This document shows, in pieces, positions 1 through 15,060 of a DNA stretch of 64,000 nucleotides. A program made the translations under genes and the position numbers. The notes beneath the pieces are model-generated. The model was not told the DNA's origin, did not search any database, and saw only the letters and a list, made by a program, of their open reading frames with translations. Location of the stretch: assembly GCF_009914755.1 (NCBI RefSeq), contig NC_060931.1; one strand, given 5' to 3'. This DNA is from the human T2T-CHM13v2.0 reference genome, Homo sapiens. Position 1 is the stretch's first letter. Each line of letters starts with the position of its first letter.

Positions 1-414
1 AAGTAATATTCTGCGTTTTGCTAATTCACAGTGTAACACAAAAATAATAAAATAATTACAAGGGACTTCTGTTCATGAGTAGTTTTCCTTATACATATCA
101 GGCAATGTAGAACAGTAGGATTTAAGAGTACATAGTCAGTACTATTTTTTTGCCACGTAATTTCCATTCCCCATGAATACACGTGCACTCAAATATATTA
201 AATATATATGTATACATTTTATATATATGAATCTTAAACATAATATGTACCCATTATTCATTTTATAGCTTCATTAACACCATCATCTTCATTAATATTA
301 TTATTCCACTTGATATTCAGCTGACTTTTAATTGTCTGAGCATAGAGTGACTTAAATTGGTCAACATGGATTAAAGTGTATGGCTTTATTACTTGAATAA
401 GTTTCTGTCCATTC

Positions 415-904
415 TGATGCAGGACAGGTGAGCTCCCAATTGGAGCTTATCCCAGGAAGTTTCTTTGCTTCACCCAGGAAATAATTCAAAGGTGAGCTGA
501 TAGAAGAAAACAGCCTAAATGAAATGGCAGTGTTACAGCTCAGGCTGTGTTATGACCCTCTGACTCCTCCTACAGAGCAGGACTACCCCATGGGCAGTAT
601 GCAGAGAGTAGCAGCTCAGGGCAGTTCTGCAGTCATATTTATACTTGTTTTTAATTACATGCAGATTAAAGAGAGGTTTATGTAGAAATTTCTAGGAAAA
701 GCGTAACTTCTGGGCCATTGGTCATTGTCATTGGAAAGGGGCAGTAACTCCTGAGTGTTACCATGGCAATGGTAAACTGACTTGGCACACTGGTGGGCAT
801 GTCTTATGGAAAGCTGCTTCTGCCCCATTTCTGTTTTAGCTAGTCCTCAGTTTGGTTCCTTGTTCGAGCCCCATCTACAGAGTCAAGTCCCACCTCCTAC
901 CTCA
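415..904 (-). mobile_element. ERV1 solo LTR, MER66-like (MER41-related group)
   Basis: Minus strand begins TGAGGTAGGAGGTGGGACTTGAC and ends ...GCATCA. Perfect 4-bp TSD ATTC (411-414 and 905-908), the TSD length typical of ERV1. Subfamily name from memory. Confidence 0.75.
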
Positions 905-929
905 ATTCCACTGGATGAACAAAAGGAAT

Positions 930-1190
930 ATTTCCGCAGGTGCTGCCTGCAGCTCAAATATCTTGTGACCAAAAGAGGAACAAGCTGAGCTGCCATTTCT
1001 AGGAGGGCATAGTGAAGATACGGAAAGTATCTCAATCTTTGATGACACTGTTTAGTTGCTAAATTAACCAAGTATGAGTCCCCTCCTCCCTCTCCCTCCT
1101 CACCCCTAGATTTTTGTTATGTGGGATAATAAATCCCCTTACTGTTTTAGCTGGATAGAGTCAGAAATTACATTAATTACATTCAAACTC
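930..1190 (+). mobile_element. Old MaLR/ERVL LTR remnant (MLT1J/K-like 3' part)
   Basis: Motif tttttgttatgtgggatAATAAAtccccttactgttt resembles old MLT1 R/U5 regions. Highly diverged and boundaries approximate. Confidence 0.35.
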
Positions 1191-2930
1191 TCCCTGGTAC
1201 TGAGACAAAGTTTTAAGTACTAGATTTTTCTCTTATAATCTGTGTGACCTTATTAAAATTATTAATGTTATTGGGGTTTGGTTTACTCAACTGTAAAGTT
1301 ATTTGGGTGACACATTCCAACACAAAATCATGTTATGTTTCCTGTAGACCCGATGATCAAATTTAGTTTATAAAAATCTGAGTATGCATAGCAGAGGATT
1401 TTTTGTGTGACTCATTCTGGCAATTTATGATGCAAATTATAGATTTTTCCTCTATTCCCCAGAATCTAATATAGTAGGATGTTCTTAATTCTTACAGTTC
1501 CTCAAGTTCCTGAGGGCGGAGACTCCATGTGAAATGATTCTAGTTATAATAGTCACTTCTCTTTGGTTGAAGTAACTGTTAATTAAGAGACCATCAAACT
1601 CACATGTTTCTCTCAATAGCCTACCTTTGTATATTCAAAGCGGTTGATGAGCCTGCAGGATATAAAAAAATGCTGAAGGAATCATGGTTTTCCTTGATAT
1701 CTAAGAACAGATGTGCATGATGTCTGTCTAGGGTGAAATGTAAATCTGGATAATTATATATTACACCTGCCTATTTTTCTCCCTGAAGCATTCTCAATTA
1801 GGTTTTGGAGAGTACTGCCCACAATCACAAAGTCACCATCTGCTCTTTTAAACAACTATACTAATTTTGCTAAACGAAATGGAGCTTATATAATGGGTTT
1901 GCATTATAATTTATTTAATTTTTCAGTTTAAATCAAGAGGAGCAGAGCTATTGAACTTGCTCAGTTTTGTCTTTTGTTTTCTTGTAAAGATGACCCTGCT
2001 TTTCCTATATTAGCTTAGCTGAAGGATTATAAGACATTCTGAGTGTTCGCTTTTCTCATCAATGTGACTTACATCTGTCGACCTTTGAAGACATATCATT
2101 TAAAAAGAATCTGCTCAAGGATAAAACCCATAATAAAGATACAAGATAGACATGTTAGGGATAAAACAAAAAGCTCCATAAAATGTTAACTGACCATAAA
2201 TATAACACACATATAAAGTCTACTTGTTTTGACCCTCAGACATGCTCAGAGAGAAAAACAAAAAGGGCAAGTCATAACTCTCATAAGAATCATGTATGCT
2301 TAAAAGCAATATTTCTCCCTTGCTATGGAAGGAATATAGTAGTAATAATAATACCAGCAACAACAAAAACAATAAGCAATTGCTCCTACCTTGTTGATTA
2401 GAAAATTATTTTAACAAAATTTTAAGTTAACATATTCCATTAAAAAATTTTCCTTGATCATTGTGGAAGGATGACCGACAAATTTAAATTAAATATATTT
2501 ATGTTTATCTAAATATTTTAAATCCTTTAAATATTAAATATCTTAATCTTTCTCAAAATATTTTAAATATTAAAATACCTAATATTTTAGCATTGTTTTC
2601 ATGGCCTTGCAGTCTTACCTTTCTTCTATATTTTGGTAAATTTTTTTGCCGTCAATCCTCAGCCTTTTCACGATTCAGGGATGCAACATATAATACATTA
2701 TTTCATCCTTGTTTCTATTCTCTATCCATTTCTCATCAGACATTATCTATTCAAAGAAGACTTCTCTACTACTCAATTTATCATTTTGAATCGTTAGGAA
2801 TATTTTTCAATGCTTAAGGAATTGTGTCTAAATTTGTGTGCCTATATCCACATCTCATAAATACATTTAACATCTTTCAGATCAGATGCTGTTGTGTACT
2901 CATATTTAAGTCACCAGAACCTTTTAATAA

Positions 2931-5105
<2,175 letters not shown>

Positions 5106-5599
5106 ATCCTGAGTTAATTATTCATCCTCTCAAAAACATCCCTAAGTTTTTGGGATTTTAGTATTTAACTATGCTTTAAAATATTACTGCACTTTTCAAG
5201 TTCTCTTTTAGAAAAAAAAAAAAAAACTCGGCTTATAATAGAATTGATAAACTGGTCAGAGATATACAACTTTCCAGAGAGCAAGTTCTGTGATTCCTTG
5301 ATCTTTACTATTTGTGATCATTAACTTTTGCAATAGTACAGGTGCCCTTGGGTCATGCTCAGAATGTCCTTTGGAAAGGTTCGCGGCTAGTTTATACATG
5401 AATTGCTTAACTTTACCACCCTGGTTCTCTACAGGCTCTAATGAGCTTTGCTCACCTGCACCAACGCACTCTGCCTAGAGCACATTGCCCTCGCACTGCC
5501 TTATTTTACTCTATAGCATGCCAGTTTCTAAAAATCCTCAACCAAAATAATTAGTATTGTTAATTAAACATTGCTATTAGTTATTCAGTATTATTTCAG

Positions 5600-5830
5600 C
5601 ATACTTTTATCACACATCTACCAGGTAACAGGCAGTGTTCTGTCTTTTTACATTGATTATCTCATTCAATAATCAAAACAAACAAAAAGATCACTATTTT
5701 TTTTTTTTTTTTACTATTAGCCTTGTTTTATAGAAGACAAAAGTCAAGATCCTAGAAGTGAGAAACACTCAAGATTACAGTGTTGTTAAGAGTTGGTAAA
5801 GTGAGGATTTGAATGAAACAGTATGATTCA
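5600..5830 (-). mobile_element. MIR SINE remnant
   Basis: Diverged MIR core (attatctcattcaat...ccttgttttatagaaga...aggatttgaa). Confidence 0.5.
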
Positions 5831-6012
5831 GGATTGTGTTGGTAAACTAGCTGTCAGTTTGGATCATGGAGAAGGAGGCACTGATTTATAAAGTTTGATG
5901 ATTTTTGTGGTACAAATGTTACCACTCTTTCTAATTTCAAGCTTCCAAGATGATATGCCTAAACAGGAGCTAGCAAGGTATATGTGAAATGGCTCTTGAG
6001 AGCCACTAAGGG
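5829..6012 (+). mobile_element. MER63-like hAT DNA transposon remnant
   Basis: gtgttggtaaac...ctgattt...tgtggtacaaat...aatttcaagct...ggctcttgagagcc follows the MER63A consensus as I recall it. Confidence 0.5.
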
Positions 6013-6079
6013 CATTAAATGACTTTTATAAAGCATTATTTTTATCTCCTAAACAAACTTGGAATATCCCCCCATGAGG

Positions 6080-6465
6080 TTTTGCTTCTTTCATTTCCTC
6101 TATTAAATATTATCATTCTAAAATCTACCTGATAAAATTCTACGTACTCTTCAAGGTCCCACTCATCAATCACCATTTCTATAAAGTACTGCAAGAGCCA
6201 TATTTTTTTTTCTGGAACAAAAACATAAATCTCTATGCTATTCATTTGTTAAAATACATTTGTGTCATCAGTTAACACTTCTTTTAAAGTAAGTACTGTC
6301 TCCATAAGGGCAGGTATTTGATCTTTTAATCAACATGTTACCCTGGATAGTGCCTCACAGAGAGAACATAGTTGTTCATGGAATTTCTGAAAAAAGCGCG
6401 TAAAGAAATAAATATATTAGTAACCGTGCATAAATAAATAAATGAATAAATTAGTTAATGAATGG
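6080..6465 (+). mobile_element. L2 LINE 3' end remnant
   Basis: tactcttcaaggtcccactc...ctccataagggcagg...tagtgcct...catagt, ending in a degenerate (AATG/AATA)n tail typical of L2. Confidence 0.55.
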
Positions 6466-8619
6466 CTGACAAAATGACAAAAACTATTAAGGTTCTGGAT
6501 AATAGTCATCTGGGATTTTCTTGTCAATCTTATCATATTGTCTCCAACACCATAGGATGAGGGGTTGAAGTGAATTGAATAGTGTTTTATTGATACAATC
6601 TGGTTGCCTTTGTGTGAGCGTGTTACTATACGTACATAAACACACACATGTATATACATACATATATATGTATAATATATATGAAATATTGAAGCTCTTC
6701 AGTATTAAATTCTAGATAATATCAGAAAAACATGAAAATGTATCAGGTCAAGAGAGTAGTGAGATCTGAAGCAGGCTTGTTTTTCATGTATTGTATCTGG
6801 ATATTATAAACATGATGACTAGATTTCTGGCTTGAATTGCAGTAGAGATATTGGCCTCAGTTCTGTTTGCCCCTCTCTGAGGATATTTTACTTATCTTTG
6901 ACTCTAAAGCTGGCATGAAGCAAATAGAGTGGGGGAGGGAGAGAGATAGAAATATTTAACTAGAAAGTTCAAAAATCATTTTATAACATTTAGCTCATTC
7001 AAAAAGAAATGCATAACTACTTTCTGTGAATGCTGAAAGTTTGATTCAGATTATATTGAACTACATGGTCAGCAAAGTGAAACACGTGGCACAATTTGAA
7101 ATCCTGAGTAAATAATCATAACTTAATTGTTGCAATGAAGAGAAAAATCTGTATGGAGATTTTGAGTTTTGATATAATCTGATTGTTGCCATTAAATAAT
7201 AAAGCCTTAACAATAAATAAAATATTTTATAAAGTTACAATTTAATACTCATTTACTGGAAATACTTCTTTCTATTTAAGAACCATTTTATATTTATACT
7301 TAAATATTTACTTTTCTAATATAATGCCTCCTTTAATGTTTCAAATAATTAGGAAGCATTAATTTTCTTTTGATACTTTAGTGAACTAAAAAGGTATATA
7401 TTTCAGGAGTTCCTTCACCTATCAAGCATTTTTGAGAGAACAGTAAACTTCATTCTGTGATATCTAAGTTAATATAGAGTGAGTACACTGAAGCATTCAA
7501 ATATAGACTCATCCTTTTTTCAATGGTAAGTCAGGTCTTTTAGGTGAAATTCTATTTTTAATCATGTGAGAACATAATTAATTTTCTTGACTCTATCCTC
7601 TAAGAAGATGAATAGACTCTGTCATAAATATAGAGTTTTTTCAAATTAAAACTATTTTATTCATGTATATATATAGAGAGAGATAATATAGACTCTTTCA
7701 ATGTCATCTGTGAATGCATTAATCAAGTTCTTTATGTGCTGCAGAGCATTGCAAGGTAATAAGTCTATTGCACCTTTCATCAAGGCAAAGATTTGCTTAT
7801 GCACATTTGAATGAAAAGCTTGCTTACTTTTCAGGTTGCTTCTGTTTGAAAAATGGCTTACTAGAGTAAATTTTATACTATTTAGCTTCAAAAATGAAAG
7901 CTTTCTATGCAGATTATGACAAATTAGTAAATAAAATTTGTTGCAATGGCTCCCTATTCCAATGCACATAATATTTTCACAGACTGTAAACATATGTCAA
8001 TATAATGATATACTGTTTATTTCAGTAAAATGTTATGAAGTTAAACAAAATAATTTAGGAATGAAAAATAACCTGGCATTTGGGCCACCACATATAGTTT
8101 TTGTCCTAGTGGTGGCTGTTGGTAATCAATTACAATACCCCTTAGATTTAAAGCATGTGTGCCTCTTATTTTTCATTCATGCTGTAATCAAGACAGCCAT
8201 TACCGTTTGATTGAAACTGGCCAGTGAGAGGAAACCTACTTGTCATCACGGAGTGTTCTGCAGGAGAACATATAAAAAAAATCAGTTTTAAAGTGTGTTG
8301 CAGATAAATGTTATTAGTAATATAAGGTAGTACAAATATAAAAATGAATCAATTCAATAATTTGTACCAGATTCAATATTACTCCTATAATATTGCCAGT
8401 TCTATTAAAATATACCCTCTTCAATTAGATTGATAAAGTATCATGACAGCTGATATGCAAAATTGTACATAGAATTTGTCTGCATGTGAACATAATCTGA
8501 AATATGTACCAGGGCTCAGAAACACCGCACTGAAGAAAAGACTTGAGAAGAGGTTCTCCTTCAAAGATGGGAAACATCCACCCAAATATGCATTGGTTTG
8601 ACATTAAGGTAAGATGAAT

Positions 8620-8830
8620 GATTTAGGCTTTATAGAGCACTGTTATATGTTAGACAGTGTGCTACGTGATGTGTGATGTCACACAGAACTATTTTATTTA
8701 GTCCTGAGAAAATCTGGGGATACAGCAATAGGTATCCTCATTTCATGAGTGTGTATTAAAAAGGATGAACTGATTTATCAAAAATTATAAAGATATAGGG
8801 TTAAAAATTAGGTACTTTGATTCTCAGTCA
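8620..8830 (-). mobile_element. MIR remnant
   Basis: gagcactgttatatgttagacagtgtgcta...atcctcatttca; diverged. Confidence 0.4.
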
Positions 8831-8944
8831 TATGTATAACTCCAAACAAGCACAAACCATGGTGTCCCTGCTTTAAACTAAAGTGCTCATATTAACGATT
8901 AAGTGAAATAGAACCTCTGTGAGAAATTATGCATCACGTTTTAT

Positions 8945-9190
8945 TGATATGGTACTATTTCTTGAGTCATGGTTTCGATTACTGTAGCTTTGTGGTAAGA
9001 TGTTTGCTTTTTTGTTTTGTTTTGTTTTGTTTTGTACCCTGTGATGGCAGATGCAGTAAGTTTTGAAATTGGGAAATGTAAGTACTTTGACTTTTTTTTT
9101 TCAAGATTAATTTGGTTATTTGGAGCACCTTTAAATTTCATATAAATTTTTAGATCATCTTGCCCATTTTGGTAAAAATAATGAAAAATA
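8945..9190 (-). mobile_element. Old L1M ORF2 fragment
   Basis: ctgtagcttt...gtaagttttgaaattgggaa...ttcaagatt...catataaattttag is antisense L1M ORF2. ORF 8941-9252 carries degenerate L1 peptide. Confidence 0.65.
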
Positions 9191-9191
9191 C

Positions 9192-11583
9192 AACCTACAT
9201 CCTCAAGTAGTTTCCAGTGTCCATTCCCTTCTATGTGTCCATATGTACTCAATAATTATCTCTCACTTATAATGAGAACATGTGATATTTTGTTTTCTGT
9301 TCCTGTGTTAGTTTGTTTAGGATAATGTCCTTCAGCTCTATTTATGTTCTTGCAAATGACTTGATCTCATTCTTTTTTTTTTTTTTATGGCTGGATCGTA
9401 TTCCATGGAGTCTATGTACCACATCTTTCTTATTCAATCCAGCATTGATGGGCACATAGGTTTATTCCATGTCTTTGTTATTGTGAGCAGTGCTGCTATG
9501 AACATACATGTGCAAGTGTTTTGATAGTAGAAGAATCTATGTTCCTTTGGGTGTATATCCAATAATGGGATCGCTGGGTCAAATGGTAATTCTGTTAAGT
9601 TCTTTGAGAAGTCACCAAACTGCTTTCCACAATGGCCGATCTAATTTACATTACCACTGGCAGTGTAAAAGTGTTCTCTTTTCTCCACCACCTTGGCAGC
9701 GTCATTTATTTTCTGGCTTTTTGATAATAGTCATTGTGATTGATGTGAGATTGTATCTCATTGTGGTTTTAATCTGCATTTCTCAAATGGTGTTGAGCAT
9801 GTTTTCATGGGCTTGTTGGCCACGCGTATGTCTTCTTTTGTGCAGTATTTGTTAATGCCCTTTGTATACTTTTTAATGGGATTGTTTTCTTTTTGCTTGT
9901 TAATTTGTTTAAATTTCTTATTGATGCTTGATATTAGACCTTCATCTGAAGCATAGGTTGCAAATATTTTCTTTCATTTTGGAGGTTGTCTGTCTACTCT
10001 GTTGACAGTTTCTTTCACTGTGCAGAAGATCTTTAGTTTACATCTCATTTGTCAAGTTTTGGTTTTGTTGCAATTGCTTTTGGTATCTTCATCATGAAAT
10101 TTTTGCCAGGTCATATGTCCAGAATGGTATTTTCCAGGTTATCCTCCAGGGTTTTTATAGTTTAAGGTTTTACATTTAAGTCTTTAATCCATCTTAAGTT
10201 GGCTTTTGCATATGGTAAAATGAAGAGATCTAGTTTTAATCTTCCACATATGGCTAGCCAGTTATTCCAGGCACCATTTATTGAATACAGTCCTTTCCCC
10301 ATTGCTTGTTTTTGTCAATCTTGTTGAAGATCAGAGGGTTGTGGGTGTGTGGCATTACTTCTGGGCTCTCTATTCTGCTCTATTTTTCTGATTCTGTTTT
10401 TGTAATAGTACCATGCTGTTTTAGTTACTATAGCTTTGTATATGACAAAGTCGGGTAATGTGATGCCTCCAGCTTTGTTCTTTTTTGCTTAGGATTGTCT
10501 GGCTATCCAGGCTCTTTTGTGGTTCCATATGAATTTTAAAATAGTTTTTTTTCCAATTCTGTGAAGAACGTTATTGGTAATTTGATAAGAATACTACTGA
10601 ATCTGTAAATTGATTTGGGTAGTATGGTCACTTTAACAATATCGATTCTTCCTATCCATGAGCATGGAATGTTTTTCCATTTGTTTGTGTCATCTCTGTT
10701 TTCTCTGAATGGTGTGCTGTAATGCTCATCATAGAGGTCTTTCACCTCCTTGGTTAGCTGTTTTCCTAGGTATTTTATCCATTTATGTGGCTATTATGAA
10801 TGGGATTGCATTCTTGATTTGGCTTTTGACTTAGATACTTTTGGTGTATAGAAATGCTAATAATTTTTGTACATTGATTTTGTGACCTGAAACTTTGCTG
10901 ACATTGTCAGATCAAGGGGCTTTGGGGCAGAGAGTATGGGTTTTGTTTTGTTTTGTTTTTTTTGGTATAGAATGATATCATCTGCAAATAGGAATAGTTA
11001 TACTTTCTCTGTTTCTATTTGCATGTCTTTTATTTCTTTCTCTTACCTAATACCTCTGGCTAAGTCGTCCAGTAATATGTTTAATAGGAGGGGTGAGAGA
11101 GGACATTCTTATGGTGTTCCAGGTTTCAAAAGGAATGCTTCTAGCTTTTGTCCATTCAGTATAATGTTAGCTGTGAGTTTCTCATTGATGGCTCTTATCA
11201 TTTTGTAGTAAGTTCCTTCAATATCTACCAAATGTATAAATAAGAACTGGTACCACCCCTACTGAATCTATTCTAGGAACTTGAGCAGGAGAGACTCCTT
11301 TCTAACTCATTCTATGAGGCTAGCAACATCCTGATACCAAAACCTGGCAGAGATACAACAAAAAAAGAAAACTTCAGGCCGATATCCTTGATGAACATTG
11401 ATGCAAAAATCCTCAAAAAAAACATATTTGCAAACCAAATCCAGCAGCACATCAAAAAGCTAATCCACCATAACCAAGTTTCAAGGTGTCATCCCAGGGA
11501 TGCAAGGTTGGTTCAATGTAACGCAAATCAATAAATGTATACGTACCACATCTTTGTTATTCAATCACATAAACAGAACTAAA
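9192..11583 (-). mobile_element. L1PA13-16/L1PB LINE-1 with 5' inversion (twin priming); extreme 3' tail missing
   Basis: 9192-11227 is antisense L1 (3'UTR back into ORF2; ORF 10536-10745 [14 protein letters not shown]). 11224-11583 is sense-strand ORF2 from the region just upstream. The two pieces share tcta at the junction. Confidence 0.9.
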
Positions 11584-11619
11584 TTTTTTCAAGATGTAAA
11601 ATTTGGTTATTTATTTATT

Positions 11620-12800
11620 TTAATTTTTAATCTAAACATTTACAGCTAAAAATTTTTCACTGAAAGTTGTCTTTGCTTCATTCTACAAGTTTTGGTAGGT
11701 TTTGTTTTCACATTTATTTTCTAATTTACTTTCTGATCTCTGTTTTGGATGATTGGTTGCTTAATAGTGTGCTGTTTATCCTCCACATATTTTTTGAATT
11801 TCCCAGTTTCTTTCTGTTATTGATTTATAGCTTCATTCACTTGTAGTAAGAAAAGATACTTTGTATGATTTTTGATCTTTATATTATTGGGTTTATTGTG
11901 TAGGCTAACATATGTTCTACTTTATAGAATACTTACTGAGCCCTTGATAATAATGTATCCCTGATGTTGCTAAGTGGAATATTTTATGTGTCTCTTAAGT
12001 CTAGTTGGTCTATAATGTCTAAACCCTGTATTTCCATTTAGATCTTCTGTCTAAATGTTGCATCTATTATTGAAAGTGCCATATTGAAGTCTCCATCTGT
12101 TATTGCACTACTGTCCAATTTTCCCTTCAACTCTGTTCATGTTTGATTTAAATATTTTGAGACTCCATTGTTGGTGCATGTATGTTTATACTTAGATCCT
12201 TATGAAATTAACTTTTCTCAATATATAATAGACTTACTTGTCTTTTGTAGACTTTTTTGATTAAAAATCTAACTTGTTTGATATTTATGTAGCCACCCTA
12301 GCTCTCTTTTAGTTACCAATTACAAGGAATACATTTTTAAGTCTTTCATTTTCATTCTATGCTTTTAGATTTTAAATGACTCCCTTATAGACAGCATGTA
12401 GTTGGACAGCATGTAGTTGGACAATGTATTTGTTCATTTTATATATTCTTCCAATATTTAACTGTGGATTGGTGAGTTTAATCCACTACCTTTAAAATAA
12501 CTATTTTTAAGGAGGGGCTTACTTTTGCCATTCGCTATTTGTTTTTATAAGACTTATGCCTTTTTGTTTCTCATTTTTTCTATCACTGGTTTCTTTTGTG
12601 TTTAGTTGATTTTTTGTGGTGAACCATTTGAATTTCCTTCTCATTTCCTTTTGTGTCTTTTTTATAGGTATTATCTTTGTGATTACCATGGAGATTGCAT
12701 TTAACATCTTCAATTTATAACAATATAGTTCAAATAGGTGTTACCTTTACTTCAATGGCATACAAAAACTCTGGTCCTATACAGCTCCACCTTCCACCTA
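11620..12800 (-). mobile_element. Old L1M fragment (ORF2 endonuclease region / inter-ORF)
   Basis: Antisense L1M text such as ttctgttattgatttatagcttcattcacttg and attgaagtctcca...tattg. Confidence 0.7.
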
Positions 12801-13099
12801 TCTGTTCTGTGACATGGCACTACCTAAAGGCATAATGCAAGATGTTTCTCTGTGCTTTTTCTAACTGGAAACTCAGTTGAGAAAAACAGAGGACATTGCT
12901 GAAAAACGTGGCAAGCCAAACTAAGTACCCTCAAGCACTTGGGGCAAAATATTATATCAAAACACACAGTACGTTAACTAAAAACAGAAGCAAAAGCTGA
13001 GGTAAGATATGCTTTTTAAACATTTTCTCCATTTAAAACAATATATCTCTTCCTTTATGGATTTATACCTTGTCTTCGGTACACATCCAAGCTTCTCAA

Positions 13100-13484
13100 A
13101 GTACGTTTTATATTATCAGATCCATTTATTCACTTAATACTCATTCATCATAACACTACACTTCAAAAGAGAAATCACCAGTGACTTAAATGTTGATAAT
13201 ACAATAAACAATTTTATCTTTCTCTCTTTTTTCCTTCCTTCTTTCTTCTTTCTTTTTTCTTTCTTTTTTTAAAATTTATTTTATTTTATTTTATTTTTTT
13301 AATTACTCTCAGTGACTTATGTAATTGCACTTTTACTTTTTTTGGTTATTTTTCTCTGTAAGCTCCTTTTTTTTTCCATTTTACTGACTTCCTTTAGTCA
13401 CTTCAACCATGGAATGTGGAATTTCCTCAATGTTATGATGCCTACACTTTTCTGACTTCGTTGCTGATATTATTCATATTCATG
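13100..13484 (+). mobile_element. L2 fragment (5' side of the L2 split by MER52)
   Basis: tcaccagtgacttaaatgttg and similar L2-like text; contains a T-rich low-complexity tract at 13215-13300. Confidence 0.4.
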
Positions 13485-13488
13485 ATGT

Positions 13489-15056
13489 TTATCACGGCAG
13501 CTGCCTGTGGAGCCACCAGGAACAAACGGGAGCCCCACCCCTTCCAAGATGAGGTGAGAGCTTTCAGGTGCCACTGAAGCCACCCAAAACATGGCTGTGG
13601 ACCTGGACTTCTCACTCGATCGAGCAGGGAGGAGCTCTGCCCTCCTTGGTGGGGCTGCAGCTGCCCAAGTTGTGGCTTCAGATCTGAACCTCCCTGTGTT
13701 CTTGGGGTACTGGGAGCAGGCAGGAGTCTTGCTCTCCTGGGTGCAGCTGCAGCCACCCAAACTCGGGCATCCCTGCACTCTTAGGGTTATCGGAAGCCCC
13801 CGCTACCCTCACAGGATCAGAATTGTCTGCTCCTGCTGCCTGGCTTCTCCCTACTGTGGGCATCCACACCGATCTTGAAGCAAAGTTGGGGCTGAGCCCT
13901 GCTGCCATGAAAAGCAGCAGGAGGCAGATAGATTCCTGGGCAGAAGTGGATGGGTCCCCGGTGAAGCCCCACCTTCATGCCAGGTAGGGCCTGAAGGCTG
14001 GGGCAAGGCTGCAGGACCTGTACACCAGAGTGGGAACTTGTGGTCCCTTATCCAGGCCCACCCATGGACCAATTGGCATGCACTTCCTCCCCTCTGTGGC
14101 CCATAAAATCCTCAGGTTCAACCAGAGCTGAACAGGTGACAGGACAACCAGCTGCAGAGAGGAGGTATTCACTCTAGGGGCTCCTCTCTACTGAGAGTTT
14201 CAGAGGCCTGCAGAGACATCGAGACTACTAGCTGCAGAGGTGAGCAACCCACTCTAGGGCCTCCTGTCTGCTGAAAGCTGGGAAGATGATAGGACAACCT
14301 GCCTATAGAGAGGAGTGTCTGACCTGAGGGTCTCTTCTCTGCTAGGAGCTGAACACTCATGGGGTCACCCTGGCTGCAGAAAGGAGCTACCCCCTGAGGG
14401 CCTGTAAGCTGTTCTATTGCTCAATAAAGGCCTCTTCATCTTGCTCACCCTCCACTCAACTGAGTACCTCATTCTTCCTGGTCACAGGTCAAGAACTCAG
14501 GACCTGCCATACGGCAGAGCTAAAAGAGCTATAACACAACACAAACAGTACTGAAACATTCTCCTTGCCCCCCACATTGCTGGGGAAGAGAAGGAAAGAA
14601 GACCTGTGGCCCCTCAAGAGCCCAGAACTGGGAGATCCCCAAACCAGTGCTGTGACTCTGCTTTGGGTTCCTCTGGTGCCTGGCATCCCCAAGCATCCAT
14701 ACACCACTGCATTTCTTGGTGCCAGCTGGGAAAGCTGCTTGCAGAGAACCTGGTCCAGCTGCAGCCTTGTAGAGAGCTGGTACCCATTCCAGCACTTAGA
14801 GCTGCCTGCCCCCTGCAGCAGCCGGCATGCCTGACTGTACAGTGGCCAGACCCCACGCTCCTCACACACCCCTCATTGCTCCACACCTGGCCCACACTAG
14901 TTAGGAGTGCAATCCAGGCCAGTAGCGTGAGTCGAGTGCAGGCTGCCAGGCCGAGTGAGCGGAATGAGCCCAGTGGCTCGAGCAAAGGTCAGGCAAAGGC
15001 GCCACTGACCACAGAGGTTTCTGGCCAGAAAACTGACACTCAAAAATCTCATAACA
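13489..15056 (+). mobile_element. MER52 (MER52A-like) long ERV1 solo LTR
   Basis: GC-rich island with the internal repeats gagcaggcaggag...ctgcagccacccaaac and caaccagctgcagagagga typical of MER52. CCCATAAAA at ~14100, AATAAA at 14423-14428, ends ...ataaCA. Possible TSD atgt (13485-13488 / 15057-15060). Confidence 0.85.
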
Positions 15057-15060
15057 ATGT

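Noticed and set aside
2480-2590. Recurring aaatattttaaat motifs
   Set aside because: AT-rich low complexity with no stable period.
12390-12419. 15-bp tandem duplication gacagcatgtagttg (and 13-bp tacagtgaataca at 28987-29012)
   Set aside because: Ordinary small slippage duplications inside dead repeats.
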